Of a stretch of 64,000 nt of DNA, positions 12,591-24,400 are shown piece by piece. The stretch is from Owenia fusiformis (taxonomy: Eukaryota). The DNA lies in NCBI GenBank assembly GCA_903813345.2, contig CAIIXF020000001.1:8122001-8186000 (forward strand). Reading direction: 5' to 3'. Position 1 is the stretch's first letter, and the number at the start of each line of letters is the position of its first letter. Position numbers and translations under genes: made by a program. The notes below the pieces were generated by a model, which had not been told where the DNA came from, did not search any database, and was given only the letters and a program-made list of their open reading frames with translations.

Positions 12591-14332
12591 TTTACGATTT
12601 CAGGTATAGCCCGGGATGTCCCTCTTTTTGAATGTATGACTTAGCTTAGAAATTAGATGTTGAAAATATTGTGGTCATGTTTGATCCATGTTACATGTAT
12701 TGTTAAAAGAAAAATCATTAGAGTTGAGGACTTAACCCTTGAGTTCCTAAGGGGTTGAGAGGTTAATAAATCCCCCAGTAAGTGTAACTGCTCCTAGGGA
12801 TATCGTATACAGTGTAGTAATTGATTGATCAAATGGATTATAACTAATTAATTATTATTTGATGATATTTATTATTTTTGATGGAGTAGTCAAATATAGC
12901 TTTCCAAAACTCTCCAAATTTCAACATATAAGTTAATCTTCATTTTCCCTTTGTCATAGCCATTGCATCAATCACGAAAGTTTTATCAATTTGTGGTATG
13001 GTTTCATCGATCTCCATTTCAAACCCCTTTTTAAGTTCTGATTTTACAGGATAAGATAGATGATCATTGTCAAACGAACTGTTTGTATCCATATAAGATC
13101 ATAGTTTACTCACACATTTCTAGGCAAGGTGTGTCCAATTCCAGCCAATTCAATATTCCATATAACTGCATTCCAATTTACTACTCTCATAAACCCAAGG
13201 TCAATTTTAGATTCTAGAGAAACTAATGAAACTAATGATCATAGGGAATAGCATGCCAAGTGCTTGTATTTGAATTTATGTGGATTACTCATTTGGTAGA
13301 CACCTTTATCAAATGTTAAAGTGTTGTTGATTTTCAAGTTGTACAAGCACAGTGTCATGGGTGCTTTCTTTTCCTGACATAGTATAACATTGTGGTAAAA
13401 ATTATCAAAGGCACCTAGTACAGTAGTTCTAGTTCATCATCTTGTATAAATGATATATCAGCAGTGAAACCTGTATATCCCAACATCTGACTATTGTGAA
13501 CACCTACCAATCATCCCAACACCTGACTTATCTGAAAACCAACCAATCTGAACACTTTTCCCCAGTTCAATTTTTCCTTCCTCCCATTGACTCCTATGTT
13601 TAAAAATTGAAATCTGAACACATCTTAATTCGAACAGTGAACACTCATATTTGAAAAATCAACCTGTTTAACTTGAACTTTTTTTTTACCAAATATCACA
13701 TATTTCTTACAAAATTGCTCAAATATTGTCAGTTTAACACTGAATTGTTATGATATCAAAACTTTTGAATTGGATTTTGGAATGCTATTAAGCTTTTTGG
13801 GTGGTCAGTATAAATATTATTAATATTTATTAATATTTTTCATTGAGAATGCATTCATATTTCTTCAAAATCCAGAATATTGCAGATGTAAAAACCTCAA
13901 AATTCAAACACTTCTAATTTGAACGCTTTATCTGGTCCAAATACTATATCTAGTAGCATTCAGATTAGAAAGAATTTACTGTAGTTCATGACTTTTCACT
14001 CCATCTATATGCAGCAGACTAACTGCTGCAACAGGTATATATTCTACACCTGGTCTCTAAGCTATGATATCACAGTTGTTACTATTGTGCTCATAACCTT
14101 CGATTATGAGGGCTAATTCAAGGCTGTACCTGAATAACGTGAATTTGAGACCAATTTTCGAAATCAATTTTTCAAATTTTGCACTTGTTTAAAACCTTGA
14201 ACTTCCTTCAAACTCATCTTATGCATCTTTTACATTTTAGTTAAATACTCTAAAAATATATATCTCATCACTGAGGTATAGATGTAAAAAAACCCATAAT
14301 GGTCATCTTTGGCTATACCTGAAATTCATAAA

Positions 14333-15052
14333 GGAGCACGTAGGTTATCGCAAACAATTTCAAAAGATTCTAACTTGAATTATGAATATTTTCTGATCAT
14401 AAACATGGGTGTATCTTTTAGATCCATTCATTATCTTCAAGAAAAGTATATATAATGATAATTTAGTTAATCAGACCTAAGTGATATTGAAGGGGCAATG
14501 GACCAATCAACATACTTTTTCAAAAATGTTGACCTAGGTTTCACCAATAATGCAACCTAATATTATATTGTTGAATGCATAATTAGAATGTGCTTTGAGA
14601 CATGTTTCATTTCCTAAAAGGAAAATTTGATTGCTCCAGGGACTTTAAAGATATTCAATTTGGATGACCAAAATGAACTGAAACCAATGGATAGCATGAG
14701 ATTTTTCAATGGAGAAATAACATGGGGAACACTTATCTTAATGCAATTAAGTTTTTCTTTCAAGAACTATTTGATACATCAAAATAAAGAATAGTAATGC
14801 ATTAAACATTGTAAAAAATGATTGCATTTTTGGTGAAATTGGGTCAACATCTTCAAAATGGGGTCAAAAAGTGTGTTGATGGGTTAATTGCTAGCTAAAT
14901 ATCTCCGAGTTTGTTTGAATTTTTTATTACTGTGCATAATTTTCTTAGAGATAATGAATTGATCTAAAAGATAAACTTGTCTTCATTGTCAGAAAATAGT
15001 CATAATCCAAGATATAACCTTCTGAAATTGTTTGCGATAACCCACGTGCTCC
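14333..15052. mobile_element. Spy-like MITE, related copy in the opposite arm
   Basis: CATAAA|GGAGCACGTAGGTTATCGCAAACAATTTCA ... TGAAATTGTTTGCGATAACCCACGTGCTCC|TTTGAAA. Confidence 0.7.
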
Positions 15053-16424
15053 TTTGAAAACTTACATTTACAATTCTTCAAATTTTTGACTTGTTTAAAA
15101 CCTTAAACGTTCTTAAAATTCATTTTGGGTATGTTCAATCTTAGTCCCACACTCTAAAACTGTATATTTAATCATAGAGGTATGGATGTAAAAACCATAA
15201 GGGTCAGCCATGGCTATACCTGAAATTCGTAAATTTGAAACCTTATATTTACAAATTTTCAAATTTTGAACTTGTTTAAAACCTTAAACTTCCTTAAAAC
15301 CCATCTAAATTGTGTTTTACATATTAGTTCCATACAGCAATACCATAAGTATCACCATAGAGGGATGGATCTAGAAACTATAGGGGTCTGCCTGGAATTC
15401 GTAAATTTGAAACCTTATATTTACAATTTTTCAAATTTTGGACTTGTTTAAAACCTTAAACTTCCTTAAAACCCATCTTAATTATGTTTTACATCTTAGT
15501 TCCACACTATAAAACCATATATATCATCATAGAGGGATGGATCCAGGAACTATAGGGGTCAGCTATAGTCATACACAAAATCCAGCTGTCAAAAATGTCA
15601 AATTTTTCGAAAAATCAACAATTTTTTTCTCAGCTCCTACCTCTTCCATGGCTTTGCATCTTTCAGGGTTACTAACCCTGCTATTGGGCACTTCACATGA
15701 ATTTTTTCAACCTCTTACAGTGTCTAGTTGAAAAGTTAGGATCAAAATTGTAAGGAAATGGGTCACGAATTTGCCCCCTTGGGTACACACTTTGTACTAA
15801 TATTCAATTTTTTTAGGAGTAATCAGCATCAATTATACTGCAAATGATTCATATATATAATATCTAGGTATGTCACTTACAAACATCAAAATATCTAAGG
15901 TTATTTAGTGTGAACAATTTTTTTCCCCGGGGTGGGGTGTTTTTGTGGGGTAGGGGGCTAACTCTTCAAAAAAAAAGAACTTCCTACCACTCTGTGAAGC
16001 TATCACCTAGGTGGAAATTTCATCCAAGACTCTCCCCTAACTGGAAATGCTGCCAAACCAACTATACTCCATTTATTGAGAATTTCCCTCCTCGCCCCTA
16101 GAGTAATAGGTTTACCTTGTAATGGGGAATAAAAAATTCAAGTAATATAATTATTTCACATACACAAATATGTCTGTGTGAAGTAAAATACAAATACAAT
16201 GGTTCTATAATATTTTTGGGGTTATGGTATAAAATATCCGCTTTAAAAAAGCAATTTTATTATGATGTATCATGTGAATTAGTAGACGTTCTGATTGGAT
16301 TCATTAAACAGACTGGTTAGGTTTCAATTGAATCATTTTGAATGTGTGTATTTTTAATATTTTAATCCACAGTGTCAAAGAACAATAATAATGCTATATT
16401 GGTAATTGGAAAGATTCCACTTAC

Positions 16425-17297
16425 CACGATTTCAAAAAATTGTAAATAGATAATATTATTCTTGAATTATGGTCATTTGTTTCAAGGAATCTGGAGGCTC
16501 GTTCAGCTGAGCTGACAAAATCATCAAGATTTACGGATTGTCCATCTGTTGGCTGCTCATTGTCACTTTCAAGGAATGTTAATGGCTCTGAAACTTGTAG
16601 CCTTGCCCAAGTCAGTATTTATTTACTTATCTGATCTTGAATTATTACAACCTTAAACAATCCAATGCATCATCGCTGATATTATGCTAAGTTATTCAGC
16701 GGTTCCGAGACGGTATCGCAAAACCATATTGATTGACAATATGGACATGGACACAACGTGTGACTTCAGGCTGATTGACCAATCAAAACGTTATCAAGTT
16801 GACCTGCATAAAAAAAGCAAACTACCCGTCTAGGACTTGAAATTCAATGTTCTGATCGAGTGATTCTTGAGAGTTACAATATATTATGTTATTAAATGTA
16901 CATTGGAATGTAAGCAGTCATTAATACTCGTCTAAATGAAATCATGCAATTCAATGTTGATTCAAAATCAAAACTAAATTCTCGATGGAAATGCACGAAG
17001 ACCTAGTCCGGCAATGTAGGCTCGTCGTTGATTTGTCAAATTTTACCGACAAAAACATTGGGTCGGTAAAGCACGTGGCTTTCTCTTTGGTACAAGGCGG
17101 TCATAATAGAAATCAAGATAAGTAAAAGAGACCGACTTGGGCAAGGCTATGAAACTTGATTTGTGGGTATTCCAGTGGGTCGATGGGTCTTTTGCTCTGA
17201 ATTCACTTCATTGGCGTACCTAATTCTAACATTTTCATTGTCATCATTACATGTTATGGACCCGTTTTTCAAATTAACAGTATTAGCGATAAAACCA
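16425..17297 (-). pseudogene. Probable disrupted coding exon (~105 open codons after removing the MITE) ending in a GTAAGT donor; product unknown
   Basis: NYGFIANTVNLKNG...PTGIPTNQVS joins in frame to EPLTFLESDNEQ...IILSIYNFLKS once 16598-17158 (element plus one TSD) is removed. Confidence 0.35.
16598..17149. mobile_element. 552-bp MITE with TAG..CTA ends and 9-bp TSD (AcademH-like)
   Basis: TGAAACTTG|TAGCCTTGCCCAAGTC ... GACTTGGGCAAGGCTA|TGAAACTTG. Confidence 0.8.
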
Positions 17298-17299
17298 TA

Positions 17300-18293
17300 G
17301 TTTTTGGTCCGTCCGTCTGTCAACATTTGCTGCACAAATTAAAACTGCTATTCGGATTGAGTCATTTCCACATTCATTTTATGCATATCCATAATGTCTA
17401 TTTGACCTATCATCGCCATTTCCCAAGTTCGCCCGGTTTTCGAGAAATTGCTGATTTTTAAATTTCGAGAAAAATCGATCTGATGATAGCCTTATAGAAA
17501 GTCAAGAGAAGTGAAGAAAAGATTGAAAAAATACCAGTCCAGTCCATTTCCAGGTCTAGGTCCAGGTCCAAGTCAAGGTCCAGTTCAGGTCCAAGTCCAG
17601 ATCTAGGTCTAATCAGGTTTAATCTAGGTCAAAGGTCAAGAACTAGGTCAAATCCAGTACTTTGTCATTTTTTCAATTTTCTCAGTCGTCCTTCAATATT
17701 TTTGCTCCGTTTTTTTAATCATGTTCCTTGGAAAAAAGCTAATCCCTACAGGCAAGTTGTTTTTGATCACTCTTACCGTTTTTGAGATATGGCATCCGAA
17801 AAGTAGGTCACAATAAAAACTTCTTGGAATTCAATGTATGAGTTATGAAAAATGTGTAGAATTGTCCAAAAAATCCGAATCTGCAAACCAGATTTTGATC
17901 CGACTTCTGGTTCGGAAGTTATGGCATTTTGAAATCTCAAAAATCGCTATTTTGGTATCCGATGTTAAGTCAATAGGGCTTGAGAAAATTATCAATTGTA
18001 ACAACACAACACTAGATACAGCTTGGATGCAGCCAACTTAATAAGAATCTACAATAGAGGCCGTCCTCAAAATCTACTTTCCTTCAAAATTTGGACACTA
18101 AAAGGCCTAGGTCAAAATCTAGGTCAAATTCATAGTTTTTCCTTTGACTACAACAAATCATATCTGAACCAACAACAAAGGACTCATCTTTCATTGATCT
18201 CATATTTACCAATACTTTTGTTTGAAAAATATCAGGATATACATTCCTCTGAAGGTTCTACACTGTGTGAGCAGGACCGTGGGTCCTTTATTT
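17300..18293 (-). mobile_element. Helentron-associated (HINE/DINE-like) non-autonomous element, copy A
   Basis: Segments 17306-17458 and ~18215-18290 are reverse complements of 20751-20897 and ~19976-20055; GTCC microsatellite at the truncated 3' end. Confidence 0.65.
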
Positions 18294-19383
18294 CATATGT
18301 AATGGCATTTTCCAGTTGATGGGTTTATATATAGTATTTTCAATTTTCCATGAGGGTGTCTTTAGACTACTTGTAATGGGGTGGCTAATTACTTTAATGA
18401 ATAAGGAATGTTTATCCGAACAATGTATACAAAGAAAATCTTGCCAGTTGTCCATCAGTAAATAAATCATCATGATAAAAGTATAATTTATTAAAGCATC
18501 CATTTGTTACCGTTCTGAATCCAAATGATACATAGGTGCATCCATTTTATACATATATGTTGACGTTTACGAATTTTTTTCAAATATCTTCCCTATAACA
18601 GGAATATGGTAGCTGAAACTTTCACACATTGTGATACTATGTATATTGAATATGTATGCAAGATTTCAAGTCACAATGTTAAGTAGAAAATCTGAGATCA
18701 CTTACCTCGATTTGCTGTCATATTTTTGCAATGATTCCATTCCTATAATGTACGCGAGCACCCACGATACATTACATATAAATGACTGCATCCACATAGA
18801 TCGACTAGCCACAGTGTCATAAGTATTTATAATTGTGACTTATTTCAGCTTGGAAAAATTTTGAAAATTAGTATTTTAAATGACCATTTTTAGAATGAAG
18901 AATCATCAAAGATCCCTTCCGTTTACTGACTGAGAGATATGGGGTGTGATCTTCATTTTGAAAATGGTTGTTTTCTCCACATGAACAACACCACAAAATA
19001 TTAATTAACAAAAACTCAACAAGACAATAGGTTTTTCCAAACCACACAGGCATTGTGAAGTATTCCTAAGTGTTTTTATGAAAAATAACATGCTCCGTCA
19101 CAATGACGATTTAAGTCAACGTTTAAGTCATGAATTGATGAACGTTCGATTGTAGTTAATCACATTCGAATTTGCCGCCATGTTTTTACTGAAACGAACT
19201 CATTTATACAGTATATCATGATTTTAAGTGTAGATGCGTGGTTATTTTTTGGTGATATGTATAAGTATCCATTTCTTTGTATTATCAGATAAATATAAAA
19301 TAAATATACCTCAATCAGCAAGCACAAATATGAGAGTTTGTTCATATTCTCAGTCATAACTTTCTAAGCAGATCTCTCTATAT

Positions 19384-19868
19384 CACGCGGTACTAACTCT
19401 CCGGGGCGTATCGGAACCAAAACGTCCCGCAAAACCGTTAATTTGAATTTCAAATCTACCCTGTCTTTGGAAAATCGATGATTGTGAGTCTCACACAACA
19501 CCGTTTTTCTTCAAACTTGTTCCATTAAAACCTTCACAGAAATACCTTTCAGTCGAGACGTTGCCTTTGTTTACTAAGTCCCTCGTTTTAGCGGCGTTTT
19601 GGTCCCCAGATGTGAGAAGATGCAAATCTTCAGGGATTTCAACCAGAAGTCTCGACGCCGCTAAAACGAGTGACTCTGTACACAAAAGCAATGTCTCGAC
19701 TGAAAGGTATTTCTGTGAAGGTTTTAATGGAACAAGTTTGAAGAAAAACGGTGTACTATGAGACTCACAATCATTGATTTTCCAAAGAAAGGGTAGGTTT
19801 GAAATTCAAATTAACGGTTTTGCGAGGCGTTTTGGTTTCGATTCGCCCCGGTGAGTTAGTACCGCGTG
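19384..19868. mobile_element. Palindromic MITE (~210-bp arms), CAC..GTG ends, 5-bp TSD (Transib-like)
   Basis: TATAT|CACGCGGTACTAACTC ... GAGTTAGTACCGCGTG|TATAT; explains the mirror ORFs 19491-19691 and 19561-19761. Confidence 0.85.
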
Positions 19869-19971
19869 TATATATCTCTCAGATATATATATATGGGATC
19901 TATACCCGGTGTAAAATATATTATGGTCCCCTGGGGATTATGGTCCCCTTTCCTTGCGGCCCTTACTGTGT

Positions 19972-20974
19972 AATAAGGAAAATAGGACCCACGGTCCTGT
20001 GCTCACACAGTTTGAACCCTTCAGAGGAATGTATATCCTGACTTTCAAACAAAAATATTGATTTGGATTTGTAGTCTCGATCTTTGAGAAACTTAGACAG
20101 CACAGTTGTGTGACCTAGTTTGATGACCTTTGACCTTGAAAATTTTACTTATTTAGAGCTCAGTAAGGTCTTTTGTGATTAAGCGACCAAAATTTACATC
20201 CAAAAATCAATTTGAAAAAATCAACTTTTTTGACATTTCAAAGGTCACTGAAGGTCAAGTAAAGGTCAAATCCTAAAACTAATGTCAGATTTGAACTCCT
20301 GGTAGATGATTTTCAAAAAAAAATTGGTCAAATTGAAGCAAGTTGAAAAACAACTTATTTTTACTGTTTTTTGACGTCAAATATCTCAAAAACGGTAAAA
20401 ATTTGATGCTGACATATATTGAGCAATATGTAGGGAATGCTTAAATCTAGTTATGATGTAATTCATTGCAAGAAATGATCAAGTATAAGGCAAACTTTGA
20501 GAAACTTTTCAATCACAAAACCTGCCATTGACTTTATACATAAATGAATAAACATAAGAAAGTTTCCTGAAAATGAATAAGTCCTACTTTTTGTCAAATT
20601 TTATAGAGTAAACACCAAAAACTGTAATTCCAAGAGCTTTGAAATCTTCAGAGGACATAAGTTGCATATACAGCAACTACAACAAGTTATTTGAAAGTTG
20701 TACTTCAACAAAGTGTCTAGTATTTACAGAAAATTTGACTTTTTGACGTCAAAATCAGCAATTTCTCGGAAACCGGGCGAACTTGGGAAATGGCGATGAT
20801 AGGTCAAATAGGCATTATGGATATGCATAAAATGACTGTGGATATGACTCAATCCGAATAGCAGTTTTAATTTGTGCAGCCAATGTTGACGGACGGAAAA
20901 AAATGACTGACGGACGGACCAACGGACGGACGGACGCCTGGTCAATCCCATAGGCTCACTGTGTGAGCCAAAAA
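19972..20974 (+). mobile_element. Helentron-associated (HINE) element, copy B
   Basis: 5' subTIR GCTCACACAG, GACG microsatellite at 20887-20937, 3' hairpin GGCTCACTGTGTGAGCC followed by AAAAAT. Confidence 0.7.
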
Positions 20975-21453
20975 TAATTGTAATTACGTCACCGTATACT
21001 GTAAATCAATAGAGAGTAGGACCAAAATTTGATAGGACCACCTATCCTTTTACATTACCCCATAAATGTGGGGTTGCTTTTAATCTTGGGGTTGAAAGCT
21101 GGATTAGTGGTTAATCAGATAAAATTCAGCTGTTTGTGACTGATTTCAATACACAAGTAGTTGTGGGGGTGATTTGAAACACACATTTATGGGGACCGGG
21201 GATTTTTATTTACAATTTGCCATCTTATAACAATTAACTGACAAGTCTTGTTCGATGTTAAATACCAGATCTGTCAAGCCCCGATTTAAATTCCAGTTTT
21301 TAGTGTTTACAACTACGATTTTTCATGTGATCCCCCCATTTTTAAGTCATAAATCTTTCTTGAGTAACCCCGATTTTTTGTAAAAATAATTTTTGACGAA
21401 CAGAGCTCTCGATCCAAATTTTAAGATAATCGACATAGCAAAACAATTTAAGC

Positions 21454-24400
21454 CTATGGATTTTTGTTCAGTTCCACTTCATTGAGACTAACAAGTATCC
21501 CATCCAGCATTTGAGGTGGTTCATCATATCCGAAAGGAGATGGTGGTGTGTCTCTGCGTACGAGAGGTGGAGATGATTTCTCCACGGTCTGAACGCTACC
21601 TCCTTTTGACACCTCTTGTCCAATTGATTTCGTGGTCTTAGATTGTGATTTCTGACTAAAAACAACTCGAAACGATGAGGTCTGGTCGCTACTGTCACCC
21701 AAGCCAAAGAATGCTTTAGAAAGTCGGAAGGTTCTTCGTGTGCACACGAACGAAAAGCAAATGAACGCACCCTGAAGGGAATTCATCACAATGAAAACAT
21801 ACCAGAACGCCAAGATTTGAGAAAATGCAGCAACAAAACCCATGATCCAAGTAAACCCCATGATGCTTGCCATCTTGAAATACTGCCAATTGTTGCTTTT
21901 GCGATATCCTCGTAATTTGACAGTCTGAGCAAGATTTCTTATATCAGATATTTTCAGTACCGTGTTGATGTAAAACACTGCATTAGCAATGAGTATGAGA
22001 CCCAAGGGCAAAGCAAACGTAAAGAGAAGGGCATTTGGGTTGCTGATCCAACAAGCAGTGCTACTGCCATAACCAATTGTTAATCCCCAGAGTTGATAGT
22101 AATCAACAACGAAACAGAAGCTGACAGCAACGGCGGGCATGCCCCATGCGTACACAAGATAAACGTAAAATCGTTTTGTTCTCATTGATGTCATCACAAC
22201 TTGAAATTTATGCCTGAATGTAAAATAGATATCAAATGACAAGACGTTTGACCAGAACGCAGACGACAACCAGAAATAATGCTCCGTCACAGCGATACCA
22301 GTACAAACAAGCGGTATGGATGTCTCATTCATGACGGATACCATCAGTAGTTGAGCAATGAAAATAGCAACAGAAAGGTTCATTATGCATTTGCCAGGAA
22401 GTGTCTGGAGGGAAGGAAATATGGAGAATGTGACGAAGGTTATACCCAGTGATATGAGAGATATTATGTTTCCTACTTGGGACATGATTCTTTGCAAGTA
22501 TGAGTAATCAAAAAACATCAATTTACTGAATTCTGAACTGTAATTTGCGCAGACAAAAGCAGATGAGTTGAAGATAATGAACTGGTTTTCCAACAGATAT
22601 TCATCGATTCTCTTCAAATATAGAGATGAGCCATTGCTTTCGAATTCATCTTTGTCAAGTTTGATAACAGAACATTGCAGAAATAATTCATTTGTTACAT
22701 TTTGAGTAAAAGATGCATTGTTGTGGCGAGATGCAAGCACAGAACATACACTAGAATCGACGTTTAAGCCAGTTTTACCACAAAGAACAGGTCTACATTT
22801 ATCAACAGCAAGATCGTATATTTCTGTCTCCTCGCATTTTCTTCCCATACCTTTTATTTCCTCACCTGTCTTGGTTCTAGTGGCAGTCAGGCCGCTGTGG
22901 GAGAAATCTAAGAGAATGGCCATGGACGGAGGCAGCTCACCGAAACTTTGAGAATCACCGAAGAGCCCAAGAGGTCGTATTTGTGATTCGTTGTATCCAT
23001 TGCAAAGAGCACATGCAGCATTCTTAAAAAATATGTTTATTGTCTTTCCGATGTTCAAGTCTTCAGCTACGACGAATGTTTTCAAAGCGTATGATTTGCA
23101 AGCAACTTGCAAAACATGAAAATTCGAAATTTCCTCACTGAGAGATGAATTACATTGGATGATGTCTCCAGGTAAACATGGTTCAAGCCATTTTTCGATT
23201 TGCTCCCCAGGGGGTTGGAAATTAAAACTTATATCATTGTTTTGTATAGAATCTACTAGACTATCAAGATCATCAAGGGTTATTTCTTTCAATTTCTCAC
23301 CCAGTTCTCTCAACTTAGCAATGTACCTTATTTCTGTCTTCCAATAAAGCAGTTCAGAAAGCGATTCGAAGTTGCACATTGCGCAGAAAATGTTGGTGTA
23401 CGTTGCGCCAGTTCGATTAGAAGTCACAGGAACAAGACTTCTCAATATGTCATTGAAAGTTTCCCCCTTTTGTCCGCGCTCACATTTCTCTCTAACATCA
23501 CCTGCTGGGTAGTCATGGTTACAGCCAATATAGGTATAGTAGAACTTCTTGATCCAATTGTCCAAAGGGGAATAAAAATCATCCGGTGGCAACTCAACGT
23601 ATCTCAAGAATCTGCAACTAGCTTCTGGACGACGATCAAGATACCTTAAGTTGCGAAGATCGTTTTCTGAGAAACTATAGTTTGCATACCAATTAATATC
23701 GAAGAGTTTCGGATTAATATTGGCCAGGATGTCAGTGTTGGTCAGTTCATCTTGTTGGTGTGAATTTTTGTTGCATTCGGTGTGGTAGTCATAGCAACAG
23801 TTACTATATAGATAGCACTTTGGGGTACACAAACAAACTTGGCTAGAATATTTGAGGCCGTAGTCCTTCACTTCTAGGCACTTATTTTTACAAGATGCAC
23901 GTGGATGCTTGGACTTTGAGAATTTTTGGTTTTCGGAATTACATACAGGGTTTTCTACAGACAACGAGCACCGCAACTCGCTATTGTTTTGATAATTAAA
24001 GGCAGCCATGCCCAAAGTTTGGATCTTACACTGGTCAAATGGCCCATCGATTGGTTTCGATTTCTCAACATCTCCCCTTTCGCATATAACTGCAAAATAA
24101 AGCAAATCTATCGTGAAACTATGAATTTGAAGGTTCATTAGCAGCCCTCTAACGATATGTTTTTCGAGAACAGCAATGATAAAAATACATGACAAGTATA
24201 GTGACATAATAGTGTGACATTCCAGACCTGCCAACCACTGCTCATAAAACAGGGTATTGTGAGCAGTTAGAAACAGGGGGAATCAGAGAACTGAGATATT
24301 TAAACAAACCTTTCTTTGAGAAACAGTGGAATACTTGGGAAAACAGAAAGTTTTTTAAAATTGGAAGAAAAAGACTGACTTAAAATGTCCTTTTCTGATA

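Larger units (their letters stand above)
10662..16105. mobile_element. 5.4-kb non-autonomous foldback DNA transposon (Academ-like), long TIRs with 183-bp internal subrepeats
   Basis: ATA|TACTCAAGGGGCGAGG... vs ...CCTCGCCCCTAGAGTA|ATA. The outer ~550 bp of the arms are nearly identical; 183-bp units at 11203, 11386, 11569, 11753 are mirrored at ~15050-15570. No intact transposase ORF. A TA-TSD (Tc1-type) reading of the ends is also possible. Confidence 0.85.

Noticed and set aside
13462-13981. pogo/Tigger-like MITE inside the foldback centre
   Set aside because: Ends (CAGTGAAACC / AATTTACTG) are too degenerate to call confidently.
24090-24234. N-terminal 48 codons of the 926-aa ORF as the true GPCR start
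   Set aside because: It starts at TTG and contains a strong acceptor at 24090; a phase-compatible signal-peptide exon exists at 26684-26768. An ATG at 24207 remains a weaker alternative.
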